From Neoconidiobolus thromboides FSU 785 (lineage: Eukaryota > Fungi > Entomophthoromycota): a stretch of DNA of 64,000 bases. Under the pieces are notes generated by a model, which made no database searches, was not told the DNA's origin, and was given only the letters and a program-made list of their open reading frames with translations. The stretch is from contig MU626277.1 of NCBI GenBank assembly GCA_025603075.1, positions 3,680 through 67,679 of the forward strand, written 5' to 3'. The position numbers and the translations under genes were made by a program. The stretch's first letter is position 1, and the number at the start of each line of letters is the position of its first letter. This document shows positions 61,974 to 64,000 of the stretch, in pieces.

Positions 61974-64000
61974 ATGTCTGAATACACCGAAGTTTTAGAG
62001 AAATATGATATCAACCCAAACGACACGTTTGAAGATATGAACCTTCATAATGAATCTATCTTTGAAAACCAGGTGGTAGAGTTCCAAAGGAACGCGGTTG
62101 AGATCGATGATATGTTAATGCCAGGTAATCCAATCCCTTTAATAAGAATAGTAAATAACTCATCATTATAGACGTATCTAGAATCTTAGTTATCTACACA
62201 GGAGGTACAATTGGTATGACTCATAACAGAGATAACGGATACGAGCCAAAAGCCAACTATCTAAGCGAAACTTTGGCTTCTCAATCACGATTTCATGACC
62301 CAGAAGGTTTGTTTAACTCTAGCAATAACAATTCAGTAAACAGCTCAAGGGTAAATTCTTTTGTTAATCTTGCCTCTTTATCTAGCCCAATGTCGCCTAC
62401 CTCCTCAGAAAGTAAAGGTGCTTCGCTCTTAACCCCAAAAAACAAACTTCGGTGGCTATTGACCCCAAAATCCCTTTATGGTAAGAGGATTAGATACGCT
62501 ATCAAAGAATATGATCCACTATTGGACTCATGTAATATGACTATGGCAGGTAGATTTTTAACTATGTCCCTATTAACTATTTATACCTTTCTGCAGATTG
62601 GATTAAGATAGCAACAGATATTGAAGTCAACTATAAGAAATATGATGCTTTTATAGTACTACATGGTAATATATATATGTGTAAAATTTGAGGGCTAAAA
62701 TAGGTTAAATAGGCACCGATACCATGGCCTATACAGCTTCAGCATTGAGTTTTATGCTCGAAGACTTGGGGTATTTATTTTAGCAGTTAAAACCAGCATT
62801 TTTACTTATACAGCTTTAGAAAAACGGTAATAATCACGGGATCTCAAGTACCAATATCAGAGGTGCGTAACGATGCTATTGAAAACTTATTGGGAGCCTT
62901 GACTGTGGCTGGCCACTTTGTTATCCCAGAAGTTTGTTTGTATTTTGGCAATAAATTGTTCAGAGGCAATCGATGCTCTAAAGTAAGTGCAATTGATTTT
63001 GAAGCTTTTGACTCCCCAAATTTAAGGCCTTTGGTACATATTGGAGTTAATATTGGTAAGACATATGGGCCTTTTTTAATTTAGTTTAATTTAGTCTATT
63101 AATATTTGATAGAGGTCAACTGGAACCAAGTTTTAAAACCAAAAGCAATTGGTAGGTTTAAGGTGCATAAAGCAATGAATCCAAATGTAGCTGCTTTACG
63201 TTTGTTCCCTGGTATCACGGAAGCAACAGTGAAAGCATTTTTATCACAATCAATCCAAGGAGTTGTCTTAGAAACTTTTGGAGCTGGGAATGCGCCTAAT
63301 AGAGCTGACATATTGAATGCGTTAAAAGAAGCTAGCGCTCGTGGTACTGTTATTGTGAATTGTACTCAATGTAATTATTTTTTTTATACTGAGATGTTTT
63401 CTCATAATTAATAGGTAGAAAAGGTTCAGTTGCTGACCTTTATGCTACAGCTAAAGGATTAAAAGATGCAGGAGTTGTGCCTGGGATAGATATGACGCCA
63501 GAGGTATTAAATATTTTATTCAATAAAATTTATTTATAATTAACTTATAGTGCGCATTAACTAAATTAAGTTATTTGCTTGCAAAAGATTTGAGCGCGAA
63601 TAAAGTAAGAGAGCTAATGAGGAAAAACTTGAGGGGAGAGCTAACTGGGGAATTGTTTATTGATAATTTGGAAATTTTTGATGAAAAGGATGATAGCTTG
63701 GAATGTGGCTCTGATCTAATATTTATTGCAAAGAAATTGTCAGAGCTTCAGCTTAATGATACAATGAACAGTAATGAAAAAGTCAAAGTCATAAATCCAG
63801 GGAACAAGTTTGAAAAAACGATATTCCCAGTGTTACTTTGCAATGCGGCTGGTGTCAACGATGTAGAATGCTTAAAATATTTATTAAAGTCAAGACCTAA
63901 TAGTTTTAATGTTAACTGCGTCGATTATGAGGGAAGAACTCCGATAGTAAGTTATTCGAGTAATTGTTTAACTATCGATTTGTTGCTTATTATTTTAGCA
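61974..64000 (+). CDS. ASPG: Type I L-asparaginase with ankyrin repeats (60-kDa lysophospholipase-like), runs off window
   Basis: YTGGTIGM, LLDSCNMT, HGTDTM, ITGSQVP, LFRGNRCSK, LETFGAGNAP, DMTPECALTKL, and ankyrin start DYEGRTP. Confidence 0.93.

Noticed and set aside
1-64000. U12 (AT-AC) introns, CRISPR arrays, rRNA, transposase or RT ORFs
   Set aside because: None seen. Introns examined are GT-AG, and the GTATCCTT hits checked fall in exons or antisense coding sequence.

Overview
AT-rich, intron-dense eukaryotic DNA in the standard code, with short GT-AG introns. By inference it is an early-diverging fungus, plausibly Conidiobolus-like (Zoopagomycota), but taxonomy cannot be proven from this window. 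Bases 1-7178 hold a tandem cluster of four intronless secreted-type paralogues (the first only as a 3' fragment) built from a 27-aa Val/Ala/Asp/Lys beta-repeat. I cannot assign this family, and it is the best candidate for an undescribed system (self-assembling surface coat or adhesive). The rest is mostly housekeeping genes: NDUFAF6, PRP18, TM9SF/EMP70, delta-COP, ADE1, UTP18, MTHFS, kinesin-1, YME1, HP1/Swi6, NIPA, a CENP-C-motif protein, a LisH/LUFS regulator, RBM26/27-like, VPS51, AP-2 mu and an ankyrin asparaginase. There are also two secreted hydrolases (DPP-IV, acid sphingomyelinase), tRNA-Pro(UGG) and tRNA-Trp(CCA), probable pseudogenes, and an 800-N gap. A dispersed ~98-bp MITE family has at least 9 copies with GRG...CYC-type termini and 4-bp target-site duplications (ATAT, AGAT). 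Exon structures were read by eye, so gene ends are approximate.
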